Source of the DNA: Candidatus Dojkabacteria bacterium | Lineage (GTDB): Bacteria; Patescibacteriota; Dojkabacteria; B142; OLB20 | Direction of reading: 5' to 3' | Assembly: GCA_035444565.1 (NCBI GenBank) | Contig: DAOMOX010000003.1 | Location: forward strand, 159,488-223,487 | DNA: 64,000 bases | Shown: positions 57,701-64,000 of the stretch, piece by piece | Numbering within the stretch: position 1 is the stretch's first letter | How the letters are laid out: each line of letters starts with the position of its first letter | The notes under the pieces: generated by a model | Told to the model about the DNA's origin: nothing | Databases searched by the model: none | What the model saw: only the letters and a program-made list of their open reading frames with translations | Made by a program: the position numbers and the translations under genes

Positions 57701-58758
57701 CGAAAGCGTCTTATGTTGGGACAACATTGTCAGTTTATGGAGGTTTCCAGAGTGAAAGCGGGAAATATTATCGCTTAGATTTCTACTCGAGCGCCTCTAG
57801 TGATGATACTGGTTTTGGAGAAGGTGCAAATCATATCCATACAGAAATTAGTAGAGCGGGAAGTCCAACATACGATTTCAGTATCACACCTAAAGTAATT
57901 ACTAGTTTAACGCTTCCACCCGGGCATAAATATATTAGTGCAACGGCAACTGAATGTGGTCAACTTGCATGTACTACTCTTCTTAGTACTTCAGAATTCG
58001 GATTAACTGGATTTGATGGAGTAGTAAGTGGAAAAGGATTAGATTTAGATACAACAACTAGTATACTTCCAAAGTTTTATGTCGCAGCTGATGGAACAGA
58101 ATATATCCCAGACATCTATTCATTTGATATTTTAATAGATAATTCACTTGATCTCGTTACAGGTCTTAATTCTGTGAATATGTCACCATTAGGAATAGTC
58201 GGATTAGATAATAATAACTTCGCTACTGCCGGATATTCTGCGACTAATCAATATCACGTGTACAATAATATCGAGGGACTTCAGTGCTCATACAGTATTG
58301 GATCTAATATTAAGGCAACGGATATTAAGATTGCTAAGAACGGTGTAGGTTCTGAGTATGTCTACATCACTTCCGATTCCACAAATGAAGAACTTACCTT
58401 GATGCAAGGGGAAGCATTACCTAGTGGTTATGCTAAATATGGAGAATATTTATCAGAAGTAAAAGATATGGGAACTCCTATAAAATATTATCATTCAATT
58501 GTATGGGATGAAGCTAAAAATGGTGGTGAAATAAAGATTCAGATTAGATCGGGTAGTTCTAGTAACCTCTCAAACGAAGAATGGTATGGTCCAGATGGCA
58601 CCAGAGGAACATTCTTTACTCTTAGCGGTACAAACGAAGGTTACGTTTTACCTAAAGTAATTCAAGGGAAACAATTTATCCAATACAGGTTGTTGATAGA
58701 ATCAGATCAATTACAATCGCCTGCGCTCAATTCTATTACTATCAGATATGGTACATGA
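51799..58758 (+). CDS. Giant 2319-aa surface protein. It has an N-terminal receiver-like (pseudo-REC) cytoplasmic domain, a TM region, five LamG repeats separated by Pro/Thr linkers, and a parallel beta-helix (PbH1/CASH) region with a C-terminal domain.
   Basis: The REC-like segment is IVLIDNNFAIRETL...PEIIIVDTTLPKYSGNELLYFL...KVFVLVEK, with the acidic pair replaced by NN. The TM segment is YPTAIAGSIGIVMTTILTLSVLF. There are five WYSTxD...G(R/S/A)IDDF(T/R)(I/V)(Y/F) LamG units with TPTP linkers. The beta-helix repeats read NNTIIENSIYDNTGMGINL and NLQNFPVLT. The start codon abuts the stop of the preceding gene. Confidence 0.8.
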   Translation: MEKNIVLIDNNFAIRETLKIVLDNLAKNNDLKFNLYTSQNGIEGLGFVYVTHPEIIIVDTTLPKYSGNELLYFLLTNKKFHTSKVKVFVLVEKSQKIRVPDNFSVLNKSSKNFVKSLVKELSDVLKIDNKVNYKYPKLTTWIIKTANDLDVVKQRFEKNDLLSKLINLFVIGFKELLLSFLLLINYVFNKRVVDSNVKQERRNLSLLRRKHYPTAIAGSIGIVMTTILTLSVLFSQNIFFNQVNEETEAFGFGAVGWYSTMDNASDISNPVVGSAGEALNGVDYVTQNIVVDEDYSYDIISARFNADNEVVRIANPVVGEDVKLDKGTIEFMYSPLEAHTTNKEMTFFSIFGDANNKIEFKKLNDANDSLSLLYKCAYCGDAEVLISGANYAFAADDWVYFTVHWNAYAPINEQLLIYVNEEELPMTRNSSSINPASITDPAYIYIGNSSPTGTNEANGRIDDFTIYHDVAQPEATPVGTPAPTPVFWQNSGQASWYSTFDSMEAVTTPAIGDVPGVFSGASFIDGPAEYESALYFDGAGKSLYIEGTQGIHYSLNEGAVEFYYRPIYEANHNAEINLFSIRQNDNEEIRLYKRDNANGNALAFSYHCQTSCGGEETIALANYDSYWNDGEWMFFRITWNDNPTLSLSEQLKIFIDGDQPTHTDQEFKILGDNITSEPNPLRVYVGNRTENGDYSALGSIDEYRMFTTTVIPTPTITPTPSLTLTPTITPSPSVAPTATPTPLWYSTIDSVSAIQTPVRGSSATISGNYVFLSGSPYSPGGASNKAVKFGWKSTGSRIISNVPDAEVNETSGRISFHFSPEFASTDADNGNYFQLYSNSTNRITFKKKGLNLELHYYATAHGATNYNLMTIPNSSFSWNGGEWIFFDIYYNTALDQNNELRLFMSTNGGPLIEPEHTHLNTVTTPITDVSTLYIAGDPTYINSYPRGRIDDFRVYGYTVNMPTPTVPAVSPTPSPVPAMSILWYSTMANPTAIWQPIIGTTPTAVNNLSYATDGLPEARSGAVFNSNGSSVTIDIQGQDYDKFQGKVEFWYKPNVAYTQPNDLTFFYLRTRATDTITLVKDASADYLEFQYDSSCVGTGGTCNNAGTGLIDNRRTRYDDTGTGNYTNYWVIGKWMKFSAQWDYYAPTEEEKLKLLITYHNGTAWETVEPGSKSVLQVMNPYNFENAVGFSFGSNYQFGATYIRGNLSDFQIWGIGAGLTPTPSPTPVSLTSADPIWYSTMNDVAALTTPVIGKGATAQNLTFVSGVTSNSAKIDANSEYAAVGAIPYSTPPVSFKKNMGAIEFYYKPDLSASAAQNITLFNVRVDASNQLRLYKQSGSSPLWLQYTHGGSTKSIQVPYASFSPYWNIGNWTKIRAEWDRTKSTPDDLKLFLDNERPTPTKTGAVFSDMVGNPTLYIGNLHNTGTEPAMGAIDDFTIFGDPDARRYVVNSTLDESDADIGDLDCYTASGKCTLRAAIQEANSTTNADKIIFNIPGTGPHTISLSSALPTITNSLQIDGTTQTGSDCTTKDLRIVLSGNNLSSPGLAFSSTTGGIVKGLVIHGFSRGINYTSSTGGTVQCNIIGLAQDGVTIVGNSESGITLESNSTGNTIGGSVAGQGNILSGNYIGLDINSSNTNVVQGNYIGTNKGGEYSRGNTTAGIEIDNSSSIEIGDADLNSLPASCTGVCNVISGNGASGINYIAGTSGSNDNVIEGNYIGADKTGANQVTNYDGIKVTKVSNLNISYNQIVAVNSGIYALSTTTGAISGITVDNNYIGINRAGNAKLMDSTYGVVLFSSNGSTFSTATVTNNIIIGAVRGAGIYGYGSPISGISIKSNYIGTTSTDANLGNKYGIQFISPVATNNVIGGTNPADGNTIARNSSYGIYLSGTKNSLIRENTIRNNASDGISIVGNSSSENNTIIENSIYDNTGMGINLRTSTVDKVSFNDKGDTDSTLAGDGPNNLQNFPVLTKASYVGTTLSVYGGFQSESGKYYRLDFYSSASSDDTGFGEGANHIHTEISRAGSPTYDFSITPKVITSLTLPPGHKYISATATECGQLACTTLLSTSEFGLTGFDGVVSGKGLDLDTTTSILPKFYVAADGTEYIPDIYSFDILIDNSLDLVTGLNSVNMSPLGIVGLDNNNFATAGYSATNQYHVYNNIEGLQCSYSIGSNIKATDIKIAKNGVGSEYVYITSDSTNEELTLMQGEALPSGYAKYGEYLSEVKDMGTPIKYYHSIVWDEAKNGGEIKIQIRSGSSSNLSNEEWYGPDGTRGTFFTLSGTNEGYVLPKVIQGKQFIQYRLLIESDQLQSPALNSITIRYGT

Positions 58759-59356
58759 CATAGAATCAATTCTAACTAAGTTGGAGTCAAACTTTCCAGA
58801 TGCTAGGTCGGAACTGGATTTTAAAAATCCATTTGAGCTTTTAATTGCTACTATTCTATCAGCACAATGTACGGATGCTCGGGTAAATAAAGTCACTCCA
58901 ATATTATTTAACCAATACCCTACTCCACAAAAAATGAGTGTGGCAAGTCAGGATCAAGTTGCAAAAATTATTTTCTCAACTGGTTTCTTTAATCAGAAAT
59001 CGAAAAAAATTATAGCTACTTCAAAGAAAATTGTTGATGAATTTGATGGAAGAGTACCAGATGAAATGAAAGAGTTAATAAAACTTCCAGGAGTAGCAAG
59101 GAAAACTGCAAATGTAGTCCTATATAATGCTTTTGGTAAAAACGAAGGGATTGCAGTTGATACACATGTGATTAGGATATCCAAATTGTTGGGATTAACT
59201 AATAATTTTAACCCTGACAAAATCGAAAAAGACTTAATGGAATTATTCCCTAGAGATAAGTGGGGATTTCTAAGTCAAAGTCTAGTTCTTTATGGGAGAT
59301 ATTATTGCACGGCAAAGCGACATGATACATCAAAGTGCTTTCTAGGCGGCCACTAA
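58748..59356 (+). CDS. nth: Endonuclease III-family HhH-GPD DNA glycosylase. It lacks the C-terminal 4-Cys Fe-S cluster loop.
   Basis: The HhH-GPD motif is LIKLPGVARKTANVVL with catalytic Asp in VDTHVIRI. The C-terminus has only two Cys (CTAKRHDTSKC), not the Cx6Cx2Cx5C pattern. Confidence 0.8.
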   Translation: MVHDIESILTKLESNFPDARSELDFKNPFELLIATILSAQCTDARVNKVTPILFNQYPTPQKMSVASQDQVAKIIFSTGFFNQKSKKIIATSKKIVDEFDGRVPDEMKELIKLPGVARKTANVVLYNAFGKNEGIAVDTHVIRISKLLGLTNNFNPDKIEKDLMELFPRDKWGFLSQSLVLYGRYYCTAKRHDTSKCFLGGH

Positions 59357-61057
59357 TTAAATTATGACTATCATAATCAACGGTTCACGTTTAGTCTTTT
59401 TGTAGAGGAACTTTGAGATGTGTTTAGAAAGGGCTTCTTTAAATTTACTAATTTCGAGTTTATTGTTTTTTCTAGAATCTTCCAACCATCCCTTATGAAC
59501 TGAATAAATTTCATTCTCAATTTCTTTTAAAAGCTCCTCTGACTTATTCATATAAATGAACCCTCGCGAGGCGAATCTAATCCTTCCAATAATTTTTTTA
59601 GTCTTGTGGCTTAAGTTAATCACCATGCAAATCATTCCATATTCTGCTAAAACTTCCCTGTCTCTTAGAACCACCTCACCTAAATCACTAATACCCATTG
59701 CATCTATCATTACTGGTTTGGATTGTATGGCTTTTCCTCGTCTTATGAGATTTCTACTCACTTCCCAAACTTGTCCATCATCTGTTAAGTGAATCGAATC
59801 ACTTTTCATACCCCAACCAATAAAGTTGCGTTTATTGAAGTAACGCATGGTCAAGGTACCATGAATTGGCATGATATTTTTGGGTTTAATCATCTCGTAC
59901 ATAGTTTTTACATCTTCTTGAAGACCATGACCTGTAGCATGAACGGTGTCTAATTTGTTCGTAATTAATTCGACCCCTAGTTTAACGAGTCTATCGGTCA
60001 TTCGACCAATTTTATATTCATTCCCAGGGATCTCAGAGGACGATAAGATGACTCTATCACCTGCTTTAATTTTCACAAATCTATTCTCCCCTTTCGACAA
60101 TAAACTTAGTGCACCAAATTGTTCACCTTGGCTTCCTGTGCATAAAATTACAATCTTGTTATCTGGATATTTGCTCAAGTCGTTGTGGGTGATAAATAAT
60201 GATTCGGGTAAATCTATGTATTTTAGCTCTTTCGCTATTCTGAAGGCTTCTTTCAAACTTCTGCCCAAGAGCAATACTTTCTTATCGAGTTTAGAGGCTG
60301 TTTTGCTAACGACATATAACCTAGAGACTTGAGATGCAAATGATGCAACAATTACTCTCCCAGATGCACTACGCAGTAATTCTTCGATGGTTTCTGATAC
60401 CTCTGTCTCTGACGTGGATTTGCCAGCCGAACTAGAATTTGTACTTTCTATTAGAGCTAGGTCTACCCTGCCTTGTAGACTTCTAAGTTTTTGATAATCT
60501 GTTTGTTGCTCATTAGCTGGGGTTTCGTCAATCTTAAAGTCTCCTGAGAAAAAAATATTTCCTGCTAATGTTTCGACGAAAATCGAGAATGCGTGAGGAA
60601 TACTATGGGTAACACCGATGAAGGTCACCTTCATCCTTCCAATTTGAATTTCGGTATTTCTTTGGACTACTATAAGTCTCGTTTTATCAAGTATTTTGTA
60701 TTCCTTAAGTTTTTGTTTGATTAATTCACTTGCAAAACTTCCAGCATAGACCTTTGGAAAACCTAATAGTGGCAATATGAATGGTAATGCTCCTATATGA
60801 TCTAAATGTCCATGAGTGATAAAAATCGCGCGAACTTTGTGTTTGTTTTTACTCAAATATTCGAGATTTGGGATTAGGTAATCAATTCCAAAAAGCTCTT
60901 GTTCGGGGAATGACAATCCCGCATCAATCATAATTATATTTTGTCGATCTTCGATGAAAGAACAATTTCTACCTACTTCGCTATTTCCTGAGAGTGTGCA
61001 TAATTTAACATGTGGGGGGGTGTTTTCTTTCCTCACTTCTTCGTAATTTGTCTTCAC
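59357..61057 (-). CDS. rnj: Ribonuclease J (metallo-beta-lactamase / beta-CASP)
   Basis: The motif FITHGHLDHIG matches the HxHxDH motif of the RNase J MBL fold. The 566-aa product has beta-CASP and C-terminal domains. Confidence 0.88.
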   Translation of the reverse strand: MKTNYEEVRKENTPPHVKLCTLSGNSEVGRNCSFIEDRQNIIMIDAGLSFPEQELFGIDYLIPNLEYLSKNKHKVRAIFITHGHLDHIGALPFILPLLGFPKVYAGSFASELIKQKLKEYKILDKTRLIVVQRNTEIQIGRMKVTFIGVTHSIPHAFSIFVETLAGNIFFSGDFKIDETPANEQQTDYQKLRSLQGRVDLALIESTNSSSAGKSTSETEVSETIEELLRSASGRVIVASFASQVSRLYVVSKTASKLDKKVLLLGRSLKEAFRIAKELKYIDLPESLFITHNDLSKYPDNKIVILCTGSQGEQFGALSLLSKGENRFVKIKAGDRVILSSSEIPGNEYKIGRMTDRLVKLGVELITNKLDTVHATGHGLQEDVKTMYEMIKPKNIMPIHGTLTMRYFNKRNFIGWGMKSDSIHLTDDGQVWEVSRNLIRRGKAIQSKPVMIDAMGISDLGEVVLRDREVLAEYGMICMVINLSHKTKKIIGRIRFASRGFIYMNKSEELLKEIENEIYSVHKGWLEDSRKNNKLEISKFKEALSKHISKFLYKKTKREPLIMIVII

Positions 61058-61107
61058 TATAATATCTAAAACAGTTAAAATACTCTATTGGATTATTTTA
61101 TCACGTA

Positions 61108-62607
61108 TTGGAAAAGAAACAAAAAGCTATTGTCGTCGGTGCGGGCATTTCAGGCATGTCCATTGCTTGTTTGCTAGCAAAAAAAAACTACCAAGTAACC
61201 GTTGTTGAGAAAAACTCAATATATGGAGGAAGAGGAAGAGTCTTAAAAGCGAATGACTTCATCTTTGATATGGGACCATCTTGGTATTTATTGCCTGAGG
61301 TTTTTGACGATTTCTTTAAACTCTTCGATGCAGATATCAATGATTATCTAGAACTTGTGAAGTTGGACCCATCATACAGAGTTTTTTTACCAAAAGGTAA
61401 AGTTGTAGATATAAGTACAGATATCGAAGAAAATATAAAAATATTTGAGGATATAGAACCTGGTTCTGGAGAGAATTTTAGAAAGTATCTAGAAAAATCA
61501 GAGAAATTATATAAAGTACTTGTCGGAAAACTTTTCTATAAAGACTTGACCTCACGCAAAGTTCTGATGGACAGATCACTTTTAAAAGAATTTAAAGGGA
61601 TTTCAGCAAGTGATTTGTTCTCTAACTATGAGAAGCTCTGTTCAAAATATTTCAAAACAGAAGAACTGAAAAGAATTATTCAATATGGCGTGGCTTTACT
61701 TGGCTCTCATCCTGAAGATGCTCCCGGATTATACGCAATGATGTCATATGCTGATTACAAAAAAGGAGTGTATTACCCCAAAGGTGGTATAGGAAAGCTC
61801 TTCACTTCTATTTATAAATTGAGCAAGAAATTAGGAGTTGAGTATAAATTTAATTTTGATGTATCTGGGTTCGATTATTCGGACAAAAATATTACTTCGG
61901 TTATAAGTAGTGACGGACAAAAGGAATCTACAGATTTAGTTGTTATGAATGGAGACTATGCTCACACAGAACTTGAAATTTTGGATAAAAAATATCAAAC
62001 ATACGATGAAAAATACTGGTCAAGCAAGAAAATTGGTGCTTCAGCTTTTATAGTTTATTTAGGTGTTAATAAAAAACTGAAAAATCTTCAACACCACAAT
62101 TTGTTTTTAGATAGAGATTGGAAGGAGCATTTCAAGGGACTGAGTGATAGTACTGTTTGGCCGCAAAGACCTGCGTATTATGTTTGTGCTCCAAGTAAAA
62201 CTGATTCCACAGTAGCTCCATCAAATTGTGAGAACTTATTCTTTACAGTTCCTATCCCCGCTGGTGTAGAGGATAATGACAATCTGAGAATTACATATTT
62301 CGATAAAATTATTAAGCACTTTGAAGGTGTAATCGGAGAAGAAATTAAATATGACATAATCTACAAAAAGATTTTTACTGTTAACGATTTTAAACAGGAT
62401 TTCCATGCTTATAAAGGTACAGCTCTTGGTTTAGCAAACAATCTCAAACAAACAGGATTCTTAAGAGTGGGTTATAAAAGCAAGAAATTGGATAATTTAT
62501 ACTATACAGGTCAATATGTTCATCCAGGCTCTGGTTTATCCGCTTGTGTTGCTTCAGCGCGAATTATATCCGATAAAATTTCCGACGATTTCAATGAAAA
62601 AAAATAA
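61108..62607 (+). CDS. CrtI-family FAD-dependent desaturase (phytoene desaturase / carotenoid 3,4-desaturase CrtD-like)
   Basis: The N-terminal FAD fold reads KAIVVGAGISGMSIACLLAKKNYQVTVVEKNSIYGGRGR...FDMGPSW. The product is 499 aa with a C-terminal crtI-type motif. Confidence 0.8.
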   Translation: MEKKQKAIVVGAGISGMSIACLLAKKNYQVTVVEKNSIYGGRGRVLKANDFIFDMGPSWYLLPEVFDDFFKLFDADINDYLELVKLDPSYRVFLPKGKVVDISTDIEENIKIFEDIEPGSGENFRKYLEKSEKLYKVLVGKLFYKDLTSRKVLMDRSLLKEFKGISASDLFSNYEKLCSKYFKTEELKRIIQYGVALLGSHPEDAPGLYAMMSYADYKKGVYYPKGGIGKLFTSIYKLSKKLGVEYKFNFDVSGFDYSDKNITSVISSDGQKESTDLVVMNGDYAHTELEILDKKYQTYDEKYWSSKKIGASAFIVYLGVNKKLKNLQHHNLFLDRDWKEHFKGLSDSTVWPQRPAYYVCAPSKTDSTVAPSNCENLFFTVPIPAGVEDNDNLRITYFDKIIKHFEGVIGEEIKYDIIYKKIFTVNDFKQDFHAYKGTALGLANNLKQTGFLRVGYKSKKLDNLYYTGQYVHPGSGLSACVASARIISDKISDDFNEKK

Positions 62608-63451
62608 TTTAATACGCTTTTTTTATAAAACATCTAGACCGAAATTTTGGTCGTACTTATTTGGGACATATTTATTCGGATTCTTTGCAGGACTTCAAGA
62701 ACCTGATCCAACAGCGCTCCTTGACTGGAGATTTATTGTTCTATTATTGTTCTTCATTTTTCCTGCCAACCTTTTCGTATATGGAGTAAATGACTTAGCT
62801 GATGAAGATACTGATAAATTTAATCCCAAAAAAGGCAAACAAGAGAATTTATTAGAAGTATCACATAAGAACTATCTCTTATACGGAGTAGTTGTAGTTG
62901 TCATTCTTTCCATAATTATCTCTTATCTTATTCCACAAATCGCTCTATGGTTAATTCTATTTATAATATTGGGTGGCTCATATAGTTTACCACCTGCAAG
63001 ATTCAAGAAAAGGCCATTTATTGATTCGCTGAGTAATATTTTCTATGCATTCCCAGGAATTATTGGATTTTTGATTAATACCCCTACCCTTCCTAATTTA
63101 CAAATTTTACCAGTATTGTTTATCTTTCCAGTCGCAATGCACTTATATTCTGCGATTCCAGATATAGAAGCAGACAAAAAAGCAGGACTTAAAACGACTG
63201 CGGTACTTCTAGGTCAAAACACTTCACTCGTAATATGTAATATTCTATGGTTAGTCGCATTTCTATGGATTTTAAATACTGGGTATTTATTTCCTTTCAC
63301 ACTGATTTTGCTTGTTTATCCTGCACTCCCCTTGTTAAATTTGAATCTTAAGAAATTTGACATTAACAAAACATATTGGTTTTTTCCTTACATTAATTTT
63401 ATTGTAGGCTTCATTTTCTCGATTATATTTATAATCAACCTTTATCAATGA
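62516..63451 (+). CDS. UbiA-family prenyltransferase (lycopene elongase LyeJ/CrtEb-like). The start is probably the internal MKKNNLIRFF, near 62597.
   Basis: The product is polytopic. The UbiA Asp-rich motif is YGVNDLADEDTDKFNPKK. A second motif region lies near DIEADKKAGLKT. Confidence 0.75.
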   Translation: MFIQALVYPLVLLQRELYPIKFPTISMKKNNLIRFFYKTSRPKFWSYLFGTYLFGFFAGLQEPDPTALLDWRFIVLLLFFIFPANLFVYGVNDLADEDTDKFNPKKGKQENLLEVSHKNYLLYGVVVVVILSIIISYLIPQIALWLILFIILGGSYSLPPARFKKRPFIDSLSNIFYAFPGIIGFLINTPTLPNLQILPVLFIFPVAMHLYSAIPDIEADKKAGLKTTAVLLGQNTSLVICNILWLVAFLWILNTGYLFPFTLILLVYPALPLLNLNLKKFDINKTYWFFPYINFIVGFIFSIIFIINLYQ

Positions 63452-63453
63452 AG

Positions 63454-64000
63454 ATTCCTCTTAAAGAATTTGTTGCTGTAATCATTGTAAACATGATTAG
63501 TGCTTTCGTTATTTTTCTGACGAGAGATTCTTCAATATTTCCGATTATGTTACAGATAGTACTTTTGATTTTAGGGTTTGTAGGGTTCTATCTCCTTTAT
63601 AGGTCTACAAATATTAAAGTATCGTTAGCAATTTTTATACTATTAGGTATTTACGGTTTAATTATTGAAACGACAAGTATAAAAACCGGATTCCCTTATT
63701 CTAGATTTCAATATTCGGACATGATGGGATATAAATTATATTCAATTGTCCCATATACTGTATTTCTAATTTGGCCAACATTAGTTATAAGCGCATACTC
63801 TTTGAGTGAGTTTATTGCTAAAAAGAGATTTTATAGAATAATTGTTACAACAATTCTATTGTTATCATTAGATTTAGTTTTCGATCCAGTAGCAACAGGC
63901 TTGGGTTTCTGGAAATGGGAACAAACAGGTTTGTATTACGGAGTCCCTTTTCTAAATTTCTTGGGATGGATATTTTCCTCATTGATATCTTCTATCATAG
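63454..64000 (+). CDS. Carotenoid-biosynthesis membrane protein (PF04240/CruF-like hydratase family), N-terminal part. The gene runs off the right edge of the window.
   Basis: The ATG is at 63454 and the ORF is open to the window end. The polytopic sequence GFPYSRFQYSDMMGYKLYSIVPYTVFLIWP resembles the conserved core of the Caroten_synth family. The gene follows the UbiA gene by 2 nt. Confidence 0.5.
   Translation, partial: MPLKEFVAVIIVNMISAFVIFLTRDSSIFPIMLQIVLLILGFVGFYLLYRSTNIKVSLAIFILLGIYGLIIETTSIKTGFPYSRFQYSDMMGYKLYSIVPYTVFLIWPTLVISAYSLSEFIAKKRFYRIIVTTILLLSLDLVFDPVATGLGFWKWEQTGLYYGVPFLNFLGWIFSSLISSII

Noticed and set aside
1-64000. CRISPR arrays, rRNA genes, IS elements or transposases
   Set aside because: I saw no direct-repeat/spacer periodicity. 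No ORF has transposase or integrase-like motifs (DDE, tyrosine recombinase R-H-R-Y). Apart from the TA pair, the window looks like core chromosome.

Overview
The window is AT-rich bacterial chromosome with compact, frequently overlapping genes, typical of a small reduced genome. The gene content suggests a monoderm, episymbiont-like lineage such as Patescibacteria/CPR. I could not run searches, so that placement is inference.

- **1-11.2 kb, housekeeping block, all on the minus strand:** thrS (5' part), tRNA-Val(GAC), clpP, a DUF192 gene, mutL, a RelB/RelE-like toxin-antitoxin pair, murB, a short alaS lacking the C-Ala domain, and pyrG.
- **11.2-17.3 kb, envelope proteins:** two N-terminally anchored hypothetical proteins, a DUF3048 protein, an orphan solute-binding lipoprotein, and an Ig/cadherin-like surface protein with a low-complexity cytoplasmic tail.
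- **17.3-30.4 kb, unknown operon:** six tightly packed, co-directional minus-strand genes. They include an 1822-aa charged coiled-coil giant with a C-terminal membrane anchor, a signal-peptide-bearing polytopic membrane protein, and a 1147-aa protein with a Gly/Ala-rich polytopic domain. None carries a motif I recognise, and none is an ATPase. This is my first candidate for an undescribed system.
- **30.6-43.2 kb:** a Q/N/P-rich tail-anchored protein divergent from that operon. After it come obg, a PduO-type corrinoid adenosyltransferase, ADP-forming acetyl-CoA synthetase, a P2-type cation ATPase, folC, an SDR oxidoreductase and an ABC exporter.
- **43.3-58.8 kb, type IV pilus locus:** major pilin with terminator, a leaderless pilin paralog, pilB, pilC, and four pilin-like genes. 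One pilin-like gene carries a LamG lectin domain and another carries plant-type LRRs plus LamG. The last gene in the locus, running on without a gap, encodes 2319 aa: a degenerate receiver-like cytoplasmic N-terminus, a TM segment, five LamG repeats and a parallel beta-helix region. This is my second candidate: a lectin/LRR-tipped pilus and giant adhesin system.
- **58.7-64.0 kb:** nth, rnj, and a CrtI-family desaturase / UbiA prenyltransferase / CruF-like triad resembling a C50-carotenoid (bacterioruberin-type) module.

No CRISPR array, rRNA gene, transposase or integrase is visible.
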